From positions 1 through 19,717 of the forward strand of contig JBQTGV010000153.1 in NCBI GenBank assembly GCA_052390515.1: a DNA stretch of 19,717 nt, read 5' to 3'. The stretch comes from Candidatus Eiseniibacteriota bacterium. Its GTDB lineage: Bacteria; ARS69. Shown piece by piece: positions 9,393-17,092 of this stretch (positions are counted from its first letter, which is position 1; each line of letters begins with the position of its first letter). Both the position numbers and the translations under genes were made by a program. The notes under the pieces were generated by a model. That model searched no databases. It saw only the letters and a list, made by a program, of their open reading frames with translations, and had not been told where the DNA came from.

Positions 9393-9422
9393 AGACTAGT
9401 CCCGGCGGGCCGGCAGGGTCAA
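9393..9422 (-). promoter_or_regulatory. Sigma70-like internal promoter upstream of udg-dnaB-ispDF
   Basis: TTGACC (9422-9417), 18-nt spacer, TAGTCT (9398-9393), in the 72-nt gap between coaBC and udg. Confidence 0.6.
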
Positions 9423-9429
9423 GGGGCGG

Positions 9430-10677
9430 TCAGCCCGCCCGCAACTCCGCCACGCGGTCCAGGATCCGCGCCGCCACCTCGCGCTTGGGCAGCAGCGGCA
9501 GCTCCTCCGCCGTGCCGTCCCGCGCGAGAAGCGTCACGCGGTTCGTGTCCACCTCGAAGCCGGCGCCGGGCTCCGTCGCGTCGTTCACGACGACGAGGTC
9601 GAGACGCTTCGCCGCCAGCTTCTCGCGCCCATTCGCCACGGCGTTCCCCGTCTCCAGCGCGAAGCCCACGCGGAACGCGTCGCGCGCGGCGTCGGCCAGG
9701 AGGGCGATGATATCGTCGGTCGGTTCGAGCTCGATCGTCGGCGGGCCGTCGGACTTCTTTCGCTTCGACGCGTGCGGCGCCTTCGGCCGCCAGTCGGACA
9801 CCGCGGCCGCCATGAGGATGATGCCCGCGCCCTTCGCCTCGTCGAGCATCGCGTCACGCATGGCAGCGGCCGAGCGCGCCGGAACGACGCGAATACCGAC
9901 GGGGACGGGCACGCTCATCCCCGCGGCCACGAGCACGACGTCGGCGCCGCGTGCCTTCGCCTCCGCCGCGAGCGCCGCGCCCATCCGACCGGAGGAGCGG
10001 TTGGTCAGCACCCGCACCGCGTCGATCGGCTCCTCCGTGCCACCGGCGGAGACGACGACCTTCACGCCGGCCAGCTCGCGGCACGTCTCCAGGATCCTCC
10101 AGGCGCGCGCCGCGAGATCCGCGGGCTCGGGAAGCCGGCCGGCGCCTTCGCCCTCGTCCCTCCAGGCCATCTTCCCGCGGTCCGGCTCGAGCACGTGCAC
10201 GCCGCGCTCGGCGAGCACGCGGACGTTCTGCCGAGTGGCGGGGTGCTCCCACATGCGCGTGTTCATCGCCGGAGCGACCGCCACCGGCTTCGTCGTGGCC
10301 AGGATCGAGGAAGTGAGCAGGTTGTCGGCGATCCCGCTCGCGATCTTCGCCATCGTCGTCGCCGAGCACGGCGCGACCAGGATCAGGTCGGCGCACTCCG
10401 CAACGGCGAGGTGATAGGGCATGCGCGCCAGCTCGGTGCCGGCAGCCCACGCCGGCAGCGCGGCCGATCCGCGCGCGTCGAAGAGGTCGAGGCCGACGGG
10501 GTTGCCGCTCATCGCCTCGAGCGTGGCCGCGCCGAGGAAGCGGCGTGCGGCGTCGGTCATCACGCAAGCCACTTCCGCTCCGCGGTCCCGGAACTCCCGC
10601 ACCAGATCGGGCGCCTTGAACGCGGCGACCGAGCCGGTCACTCCCAGGAGGATCCGGGGCCCGCGCTCCGCGGTCAT
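9430..10677 (-). CDS. coaBC: Bifunctional phosphopantothenoylcysteine decarboxylase/synthase CoaBC
   Basis: Start MTAERGPRILLGVTGSVAAFK (ATG 10677). CoaC: APAMNTRMW, GIADNLL. CoaB: SAGGTEEPIDAVRVLTNRSSGRMG, AAAVSDW, VGFALET, VVND...GF..DTN. Confidence 0.97.
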   Translation of the reverse strand: MTAERGPRILLGVTGSVAAFKAPDLVREFRDRGAEVACVMTDAARRFLGAATLEAMSGNPVGLDLFDARGSAALPAWAAGTELARMPYHLAVAECADLILVAPCSATTMAKIASGIADNLLTSSILATTKPVAVAPAMNTRMWEHPATRQNVRVLAERGVHVLEPDRGKMAWRDEGEGAGRLPEPADLAARAWRILETCRELAGVKVVVSAGGTEEPIDAVRVLTNRSSGRMGAALAAEAKARGADVVLVAAGMSVPVPVGIRVVPARSAAAMRDAMLDEAKGAGIILMAAAVSDWRPKAPHASKRKKSDGPPTIELEPTDDIIALLADAARDAFRVGFALETGNAVANGREKLAAKRLDLVVVNDATEPGAGFEVDTNRVTLLARDGTAEELPLLPKREVAARILDRVAELRAG

Positions 10678-11174
10678 GGCTCGCGCGGGGCGTCTCTTTC
10701 GGCGAGCTCTTCCTGCTCCTGCGGATCCGTGGGGAAGTCGATCTCGCCGTAGTAGTTCACCGAGCGGATCTCGCCGTCCACCTCGTACTCGACGAGACCG
10801 CAGGCCAGCTTCTCCAGCGCCTCGTTGGTCGGCTTGATTTCCGGCTCCTCGTCCTCCACGGGCCGCGGAATGAACGGCACCTCCGGGACCAGCTCCTCCA
10901 CGTGCTCCAGCGCTTGGTTGATGATGCTGCGGGCCTTGAGCTTGCGCTCGTTGATGCGCCGCGCCTCCTGCGCCACCACGATGACCGACTCGTAGGGGTT
11001 CTGCACTTCCTCGAGCATGCGGTCGACGGCGCTGCGGATGCGGCGGTCCACGTCGGGCACGCGATGATGGGGCTTCGGCACGGTCGGTCCGACGCGCTCG
11101 GTCAACGCTTCCTTGGGCGTCTCGTCGCTGCCGCCGTTCAGGTCGAGCTCGGTGGGTGTGATCTTGTCGGTCAT
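10674..11174 (-). CDS. rpoZ: Probable RNA polymerase omega subunit, extended (166 aa)
   Basis: Occupies the conserved gmk-rpoZ-coaBC slot with ATGA overlaps on both sides. Omega-like helix NPYESVIVVAQEARRIN and C-terminal KPTNEALEKL.G. Confidence 0.75.
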   Translation of the reverse strand: MTDKITPTELDLNGGSDETPKEALTERVGPTVPKPHHRVPDVDRRIRSAVDRMLEEVQNPYESVIVVAQEARRINERKLKARSIINQALEHVEELVPEVPFIPRPVEDEEPEIKPTNEALEKLACGLVEYEVDGEIRSVNYYGEIDFPTDPQEQEELAERDAPREP

Positions 11175-11845
11175 CTTCGCTCCAGGTTCTCGGCCGTTCC
11201 GGCCGGGGTTTCCGTCTCCGAGAGGATCGGTTCCTGCTGCACGAGGCCCGAGGACAGCACACGCGAGGTGCGTGACCGCTCCGCCTCCACGATGGCGCGC
11301 ACCGCCTGCCTCGTCGCGTCCAGCTCGTGGTTCACGATCAGGTAATCGTAGGCCGGCGCGGTCTTCATTTCGCGCCGGGCCGCCGCCATCCGCCTTTCGA
11401 TCACTTCGTCCGCGTCGGTGTGCCGGCCGCGCAGTCTCGCCTCGAGCACGGAGAGATCGGGCGGCATCAGGAAGACCAGCACGGCGTCGTCCCGCGTGTG
11501 GCGAATCTGCATCGCACCTTGCACGTCGATGTCCAGCACCACGGTCTTTCCCTCGGCGACCTTGCGGTCCAGGAACGCGCGCGGCGTCCCGTAGAGATTG
11601 CCGTGCACCAGCGCCCACTCGCAGAACTCGCCGCGGTCCCGGCGGCCGAGGAAGTCCCCCTCGTCCACGAAAAAGTAATCGATGCCCTCCACTTCTTCGC
11701 CGCGGCGCGGCCGCGTCGTGCAGGAGACGGAGAGCACGAGACCCGGATCCTCCTTCAGCAGCCAGTCGACCACCGACGTCTTGCCGGCGCCCGACGGGCC
11801 GGAGATCACCAGCGGAAACGCGGGACGAGCCGCGACGCGCCTCAT
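11171..11845 (-). CDS. gmk: Guanylate kinase
   Basis: VISGPSGAGKTS, SVSCTTRPRR.GEVEG.DYFF, VHGNLYGTP, LDIDVQGA, RL.GR.TD, YDYLIVN. Confidence 0.98.
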   Translation of the reverse strand: MRRVAARPAFPLVISGPSGAGKTSVVDWLLKEDPGLVLSVSCTTRPRRGEEVEGIDYFFVDEGDFLGRRDRGEFCEWALVHGNLYGTPRAFLDRKVAEGKTVVLDIDVQGAMQIRHTRDDAVLVFLMPPDLSVLEARLRGRHTDADEVIERRMAAARREMKTAPAYDYLIVNHELDATRQAVRAIVEAERSRTSRVLSSGLVQQEPILSETETPAGTAENLERR

Positions 11846-12720
11846 TCGACGTTCTGCACCTGCTCGCGGAGGCGCTCGATCTCCTCCTTCGCCTCCACCA
11901 CGAGGTGCGTCACCTCCGCGGAGACCGACTTCGAGCCGATGGTGTTCGCTTCCCGGTTCATCTCCTGCAGCAGGAAGTCGAGCCGCTTCCCCACCGCGTC
12001 GCCGCGCTCCAGGAACGCGAGAAACGCCGCGTCGTGGGCCCGGAAGCGCACGATCTCCTCGCGGATGTCGGCCTTGTCGGAGAGGATGGCCACCTCCGTG
12101 GCGAGCCGGTCCGCGTCGGGCGCGGCTCCCTCCGGCACGAGCTGCGCGATCCGCTCGCGGAGCTTCTCCTTCACCCGCTCGGCGCTCCCCGACGCCGCCG
12201 CCTCGATCCGGTCCAGCACCGAGTCGAGCCGCCCGACCCGGCCGCGCAGCTCCCGGCCGAGCGCTTCGCCCTCCCGCGCGCGCATCGCGGTCAGTTCCCC
12301 GAGCGCGGTCCCGACGGCCGCCGCGAGAACCGACTCGATCCGTTCCGCCGCCATGACCGGCGCTTGGCGCCGGACCACGTCCGGCAGCTGGGCGAAGGTC
12401 AGAGGGTCGGACGCCCCCTCCAGCCGGTACCGTTCGCGGAGCGTTTCCAGGATCCGACGGTAGGCATCGGCCAGTCCCTCGTCCAGGGAGAGCCCCGCTT
12501 CCTCCCCTTCGAGCGCCACTTCGACGGTGGCTGAGACCCTTCCCCGGGAGATCCGCTCGGCCAGGAGCTCCTTGACGCGACCCTCCAACCCTCCGGGATC
12601 CCGCGAGATCCGGATGGACGGGTCGAAGAAGCGGTGGTTGACGGAGCGAAGCTCGACCTTGACGACGATTCCGTCCGCGCGTGCCTCGCCGGCGCCGTAT
12701 CCGGTCATGCTCCGGACCAA
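11842..12720 (-). CDS. yicC: YicC/YloC family endoribonuclease
   Basis: TTG start at 12720 with AGGAG SD. RSMTGYG, ELRSVNHRF, RG.V, R..EG, DKADIREEIVR, GKRLDFLLQEMNREANTIGSK, EIERLREQVQNVE. Confidence 0.95.
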   Translation of the reverse strand: MVRSMTGYGAGEARADGIVVKVELRSVNHRFFDPSIRISRDPGGLEGRVKELLAERISRGRVSATVEVALEGEEAGLSLDEGLADAYRRILETLRERYRLEGASDPLTFAQLPDVVRRQAPVMAAERIESVLAAAVGTALGELTAMRAREGEALGRELRGRVGRLDSVLDRIEAAASGSAERVKEKLRERIAQLVPEGAAPDADRLATEVAILSDKADIREEIVRFRAHDAAFLAFLERGDAVGKRLDFLLQEMNREANTIGSKSVSAEVTHLVVEAKEEIERLREQVQNVE

Positions 12721-12756
12721 GGGCACTCCTCGGAAGGCTCTTTCGGTGAATCCGGG

Positions 12757-12785
12757 AGGGTACAGCGGGGCCCTGAGGGGGTCAA
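12757..12785 (-). promoter_or_regulatory. Sigma70-like promoter for yicC-gmk-rpoZ-coaBC
   Basis: TTGACC (12785-12780), 17-nt spacer, TACCCT (12762-12757), 36 nt upstream of the yicC start. Confidence 0.55.
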
Positions 12786-12839
12786 GGCCGAGCTGAGGGA
12801 CAGGCCCCCGCGGGACGCAGGCGGCCGGATTCAAGCGGG

Positions 12840-13298
12840 TCACTTCACCCGGTGCATCAGCTGGCGCACGGCCCCGAGGTGGTAAGCAAGGTGCGCGATC
12901 GCCCCGATGCCCGCCCCCTTCTGGACGAACTGCTCGGGCGAGAGGTCCCCGAGCACGCGGAGCAACTCGGCGCGAGAGGCCTCGAAGTCGCGCTGGATCT
13001 TCGCCCACTGCTCGGCCGTGACCGTCTGGGGTTCGAAGCTGCCCGGCCAGTCGCGCGCGCTGTCGTCTCCCAGCATCCACTCGCTCGTCGTGCGCAGATG
13101 GAAGTTCATGTGCCGCGCGTGCGCGGCGATGCTCGGGTGCCCGTCGAGGCGCCGCGAGGCCTGCTCGGCGGTGAGCGCCGACAGCGTGTTGCGGATGCCC
13201 GAGGTGTGATCCAGGTAGACCGTGCCCTGGCCGGGGAGTCCCCCTTCGAAGGTTTCGCGGAGGAGCTCCGTCACCTGGGCGAGGATCGCGTCCTTCAT
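12840..13298 (-). CDS. DinB/YfiT-like family protein (four-helix bundle, putative metal-binding His)
   Basis: Strong AGGAGG SD. LSALTAEQAS, SIAAHARHM..H, W..SF, C-terminal AIAHLAYHLGAVRQL typical of the DinB superfamily. Confidence 0.78.
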   Translation of the reverse strand: MKDAILAQVTELLRETFEGGLPGQGTVYLDHTSGIRNTLSALTAEQASRRLDGHPSIAAHARHMNFHLRTTSEWMLGDDSARDWPGSFEPQTVTAEQWAKIQRDFEASRAELLRVLGDLSPEQFVQKGAGIGAIAHLAYHLGAVRQLMHRVK

Positions 13299-13435
13299 TT
13301 CGTTCCTCCTCTTGCCGGATCGCCGGCTCGTCTCGGGCGATTGCCATGAGTGGCCGCCGGCAGCGGCCGACGCCGCACGGGCAACATGCTAGTCACGGAG
13401 CCGCTCGTCCGCCAGCGCGAGCGGTGAAGCCATCG

Positions 13436-13457
13436 TATACTCCCCGCCCGACGGAGG
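13436..13457 (+). promoter_or_regulatory. Possible -10 element and SD for rqcH
   Basis: TATACT at 13436-13441 and GGAGG at 13453-13457 before ATG 13464. No recognisable -35. Confidence 0.4.
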
Positions 13458-13463
13458 CCCGGG

Positions 13464-14909
13464 ATGGACCCGACGCACATCGAAGCCGTCCTCCCGGACG
13501 TGCGAGCGGCGCTCGCCGGCCGCCGCGCCACGAAGGTCGAGCTGCTCGGCAAGTGGGGCGTCCTGCTCCGCTTCTCCGGCGAGCCGCGCAGCCTCTGGCT
13601 CTCCGCGCACCCGCAACTCGCGCGGGTCGGGCTTGTCGGCGCGCCCCCGTCCATCGCCGAGCCGCGCGACGCACCCGACAACGTCGGCGAGCCGCTCGCT
13701 GGCGCGGTCCTCCGCGACGTCGAGCAGGAGCCGGGCGGCCGCGTCGTCCGCTTCCGCTTCGAGCGCGATGCCGCGCGACACCGCGCTCCGATCCTCGTCG
13801 CCGAGCTGATCCCGCGCTTCGCCAACCTGATCCTGGTCGGCGACGCGGCGAGGATCCTCTGGGCCTGCCGCGAGTTCCGGGGCGAAGGTCGCCCGCGCCA
13901 GGTCGCGGCCGGCGAGACGTACATCACGCCGATGGGGTCGCCGGCGTCCTCCTTTGCCACGTCGCCCTGGCGCACCGCCGCCGAGATCGATGCCTGGTAC
14001 CGCGAGCACGAGGAAACCGAGGCCGCCGCCGACCTCCTCGCCGAGCTGCGCCGCGTGCTGACCAAGCGACGCCGCCGTGCGGCCAAAGCGCTGCAGGAGA
14101 TCGAGGCGCGTCTCACCGAGGCGGGCCGGGAAGCGGAGCACCGCCGCCACGCCGAGCTCGTCGCCGCGCACGTATCGCGGATCCGCCGGGGCCTCGCCTC
14201 CGTCACGCTTCCCGACTTCGACGGCGCGCGCGAGATCACGATCGCGCTCGACCCGAAGCTGGATCCGCAGGCGAACGTGGAAGCGCTCTTCAAGAAGGCG
14301 CGACGCGCAGCGCGCGGCCGCGACGAACTCGTCGCGCAAAGGTCCGTCCAGGAGCAGGAGATCGCCGAGGCGGACGGAGGCCTCGCCGCGACCGACCCCG
14401 CACCCGCGCCGACCGAGCTTCGCGCGCTCGTCGCGCGCATCGCTCCGTCCCTTCTGGCCGGTGCGCGCGGCGGCAGCGCCGCACCGACCGACGCCGAGCG
14501 GGACGCGCGCGTGCCAACGCTTCCCGAGGGCTTCGTCCCGCGCCGCTACGTGCTGCCCGGCGGCTGGGAAGTCTGGGTCGGCAAGAGCGCGAAGCAGAAC
14601 GACGAGCTGACCCACCGCTGGGCGTCGCCCAAGGACCTGTGGTTCCACGCGCGCGGCGCGCAGGGCAGCCACACCGTGCTTCGCCGGGGATCGGGGAAGG
14701 GCGAACCGCCGCGGGAGATCATCGCCGCCGCGGCGGCCATCGCCGCGTGGCACTCGAAGGCGCGCAACTCGAAGCTCGTGCCGGTCGCCTACACCGAGAA
14801 GCGCTACGTGCGCAAGCCGCGCAAGTCGCCGGTGGGCACGGCGATGATGATGCGCGAGAAGGTGCTCATGGTGGAGCCGGGAGTGCCGGAGGAGAGCGAC
14901 GACGCGTAG
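13464..14909 (+). CDS. rqcH: NFACT family protein RqcH/FbpA (ribosome quality control)
   Basis: NFACT-N-like start (EL....NLIL), coiled coils, ITIALDP.L....N....FKK, NFACT-R domain VGKSAKQNDELT...DLWFHARG.QGSH, AAWHSKA, VAYT..RYVRKP. Confidence 0.9.
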   Translation: MDPTHIEAVLPDVRAALAGRRATKVELLGKWGVLLRFSGEPRSLWLSAHPQLARVGLVGAPPSIAEPRDAPDNVGEPLAGAVLRDVEQEPGGRVVRFRFERDAARHRAPILVAELIPRFANLILVGDAARILWACREFRGEGRPRQVAAGETYITPMGSPASSFATSPWRTAAEIDAWYREHEETEAAADLLAELRRVLTKRRRRAAKALQEIEARLTEAGREAEHRRHAELVAAHVSRIRRGLASVTLPDFDGAREITIALDPKLDPQANVEALFKKARRAARGRDELVAQRSVQEQEIAEADGGLAATDPAPAPTELRALVARIAPSLLAGARGGSAAPTDAERDARVPTLPEGFVPRRYVLPGGWEVWVGKSAKQNDELTHRWASPKDLWFHARGAQGSHTVLRRGSGKGEPPREIIAAAAAIAAWHSKARNSKLVPVAYTEKRYVRKPRKSPVGTAMMMREKVLMVEPGVPEESDDA

Positions 14910-15070
14910 CGTCGCGTGCGGGGCTGCCGGACGCAGGTTCCGCGCCGTTCGCACGAGCGTCGTCGCGGCGCCCGCGGAGCCAGGACGGCGGAGCGAGCGG
15001 AAGCGAGGCGAGCGGCGCGGGTTCTGCCGCCGGGTGGACCGGCGTCAGCGAGACGCGCGGTCTCTTCGGT

Positions 15071-16291
15071 TCAGAGCTCGCCGCTTCGCCCCGTCAGCTT
15101 CACTATCCACTGCTCACCGACGAGCCACCCATCGCCCTCGATCTTCGCCAATCTCGACGCGAGGGGGACGTCGCCGTCCCACACCTTCGTGCCTTCGCTG
15201 TCCCACGCCACCACGGAAGTCTGGTTGCCGCACTGGGCGAGCACGAGGAGGCCGCCGCCCGCGAGCAGTGACAGCGAGCGAAACCCGGCCCCGCGCACCG
15301 CCGTCTGCGTCCAGAGCAGCTCGCCGGACTCCGCGCTCCACGCCCGCACCTCGAGCACGTTCGCGCGGGTGTGACACGTCGCCACCACGCTGCCGTCGGG
15401 AGAGACCGCGGCGGACATCTGGAACCAGAGCTCCTCCTCGTCGGACTGCCGGCGCTCCCACAGGATCCGACCTTGCTCGTCGAGTGCGATGAGCGTCCCG
15501 GCGCGCGGCGAATGCACGCCACCGCCGACCGGCGGGCCCGCAGGTCCGGTCCCGCACGCGACGACGATTCCAGGCCCCGTCGCGAGCTGGGGCACGCCGC
15601 TCCGCGAGGAAAGCTGGTCCAGCGGCACGGGCCTCTCCCACTCCAGGCGACCGTCCCGGCCCAGGGTGAGCATCTGCTCGTTGTGCAGGAAGAAAGCGCG
15701 ATGCCCATCGGCGGAGATGGCCGTGAACAGCGGGTACACCGGCAGCTCGCCGAGAACGTCGCCTTCCCGGCCGACGAGCTGGAGCTCCCCTCCCCCGTTC
15801 TCGATGATCCGATGGAAGCGGTCCCGGTTCCGCTCGCGGGAGGCGAGCACGAAGAACGAGCCGTCCCGCGCCATCGCGATCAGATCCCCCGGGGCGCTCG
15901 CCTCCCACCCGGATCCGGGCAGGCCGCGCCGCTCGAAGTGGAACGTCCTGCCGCCGGCCTCCGGACGGTCCGACCAGACCAGCACCGAGGTCGCGTCATC
16001 CGAGGCGACGGCGTCCTCGCCGGGGGCCAGGGAACGCTCCCCCTCGACCTCGCCGTTCCGGTCGAAGAAGACGAGGCGATCGCCCTGCCCGTCCGCGATC
16101 CTGCGCCACCGTACCGGGAACTCTGCGTCGTTTCCTGCCATCTCGCGGAACCGATTCTGGTAGCCTTCCGCCTCCGAGTAGCGCCAGACGAGCTGCCATT
16201 CCCCGATCGTGCCGGCCCCGTCCTCCGCGGCGGCCTGCCCCGCGGCGAGGAGCAGCCCGGCCAGCGCGATCCCGAAACCGCTTCCCGACAT
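15071..16291 (-). CDS. Secreted hypothetical protein, probable PQQ/WD40-like beta-propeller
   Basis: ATG 16291 with GAGG SD. Signal-peptide-like MSGSGFGIALAGLLLAAGQAAA|E. Repeated blade-like motifs DGRLEWER, EQGRILWER, ESGELLWTQ, SEGTKVWDG, and ISADG/VSPDG turns. Confidence 0.72.
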   Translation of the reverse strand: MSGSGFGIALAGLLLAAGQAAAEDGAGTIGEWQLVWRYSEAEGYQNRFREMAGNDAEFPVRWRRIADGQGDRLVFFDRNGEVEGERSLAPGEDAVASDDATSVLVWSDRPEAGGRTFHFERRGLPGSGWEASAPGDLIAMARDGSFFVLASRERNRDRFHRIIENGGGELQLVGREGDVLGELPVYPLFTAISADGHRAFFLHNEQMLTLGRDGRLEWERPVPLDQLSSRSGVPQLATGPGIVVACGTGPAGPPVGGGVHSPRAGTLIALDEQGRILWERRQSDEEELWFQMSAAVSPDGSVVATCHTRANVLEVRAWSAESGELLWTQTAVRGAGFRSLSLLAGGGLLVLAQCGNQTSVVAWDSEGTKVWDGDVPLASRLAKIEGDGWLVGEQWIVKLTGRSGEL

Positions 16292-16306
16292 CCTGACCTC
16301 CGAGCC

Positions 16307-17092
16307 TTGCAACCTGCCGCCTCTCCCCTGCCGCTCCGGTATGTCGCCGCGCTGACCGCGGCGCTCCTGCTCGTGTACCAAGCGGGCGTCTATCTCTTCC
16401 TGTCGATGCTCGCTCGCCCGCGGACCGGGTTGCTCGTCACCGGCCCCCTGCTCGTGCTGCTGCCGCTCCTCGGGACACTCCGCGCGGCTCGGCTGCCGAT
16501 CCGGGATTCCCTTCGGTTGCAGCTCGTCCCGAAGCGCGTCACTCTGCTCGCCGTGCTGGGGGTGGTGGCCGCGGCTCCCCCGGTCCTGGCGCTCGTCGCG
16601 ACGTTCGTACGAACCCCGGATCGGGTCGAGGAGTTCTTCACGACGCTCCTGCGGGCCTCCTCCGGAGTGGACCTCGTCGTGGTGCTGGCGGCGGCCGCGC
16701 TCGTACCCGCGGTCACCGAGGAGATCCTCTTTCGCGGGTTCCTGCAGGGGGCGCTGGAGCGAAGCGCGGGGCGCTGGGCGGGGATCGTCGGCACGGCCGT
16801 CCTCTTCGGCCTGATCCACGGGTTCTCCCGCGCGCCGGCGGCCACAGCACTCGGCGTGCTGCTCGGATGGGTGGTCGCGCGGTCGGGCAGCATCGTGCCG
16901 GCCGTGGCCGCGCACGCGGCGGTGAACGCGATCGCGGTGACGCTGGTGAACTCGCCGGGGTTCGGGACCGGCGCGGGCTGGCCGGAGACGCTCCCGCTCC
17001 CCGCGCTGCTCGCCTGGGCCGCGATCAGCATCGCCGCGCTCGCCGCGTTCGCACGCCTCACTCGCGCTTCGCGGAGTCCGGCTTCGCCCTGA
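16307..17092 (+). CDS. CPBP (Abi/CAAX type II) family intramembrane metalloprotease; start uncertain (TTG 16307, GTG 16373 or ATG 16406)
   Basis: Multiple hydrophobic helices with EEILFRG, FGLIH and AHAAVN motifs. This is the 3' part of ORF 15371..17092. Confidence 0.88.
   Translation: MQPAASPLPLRYVAALTAALLLVYQAGVYLFLSMLARPRTGLLVTGPLLVLLPLLGTLRAARLPIRDSLRLQLVPKRVTLLAVLGVVAAAPPVLALVATFVRTPDRVEEFFTTLLRASSGVDLVVVLAAAALVPAVTEEILFRGFLQGALERSAGRWAGIVGTAVLFGLIHGFSRAPAATALGVLLGWVVARSGSIVPAVAAHAAVNAIAVTLVNSPGFGTGAGWPETLPLPALLAWAAISIAALAAFARLTRASRSPASP

Noticed and set aside
11842..13347. ORF-track N-terminal extensions of yicC, coaBC, dnaB, ddl, GNAT, rpoZ and the propeller gene
   Set aside because: The extensions run through upstream genes in another frame. 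True starts are marked by family N-termini, SD sequences and ATGA overlaps.
14910..15070. GAGCG-rich gap between the convergent rqcH and propeller genes as a small ORF, repeat or terminator
   Set aside because: No start/SD, no regular repeat unit and no clean hairpin with a U-tract.
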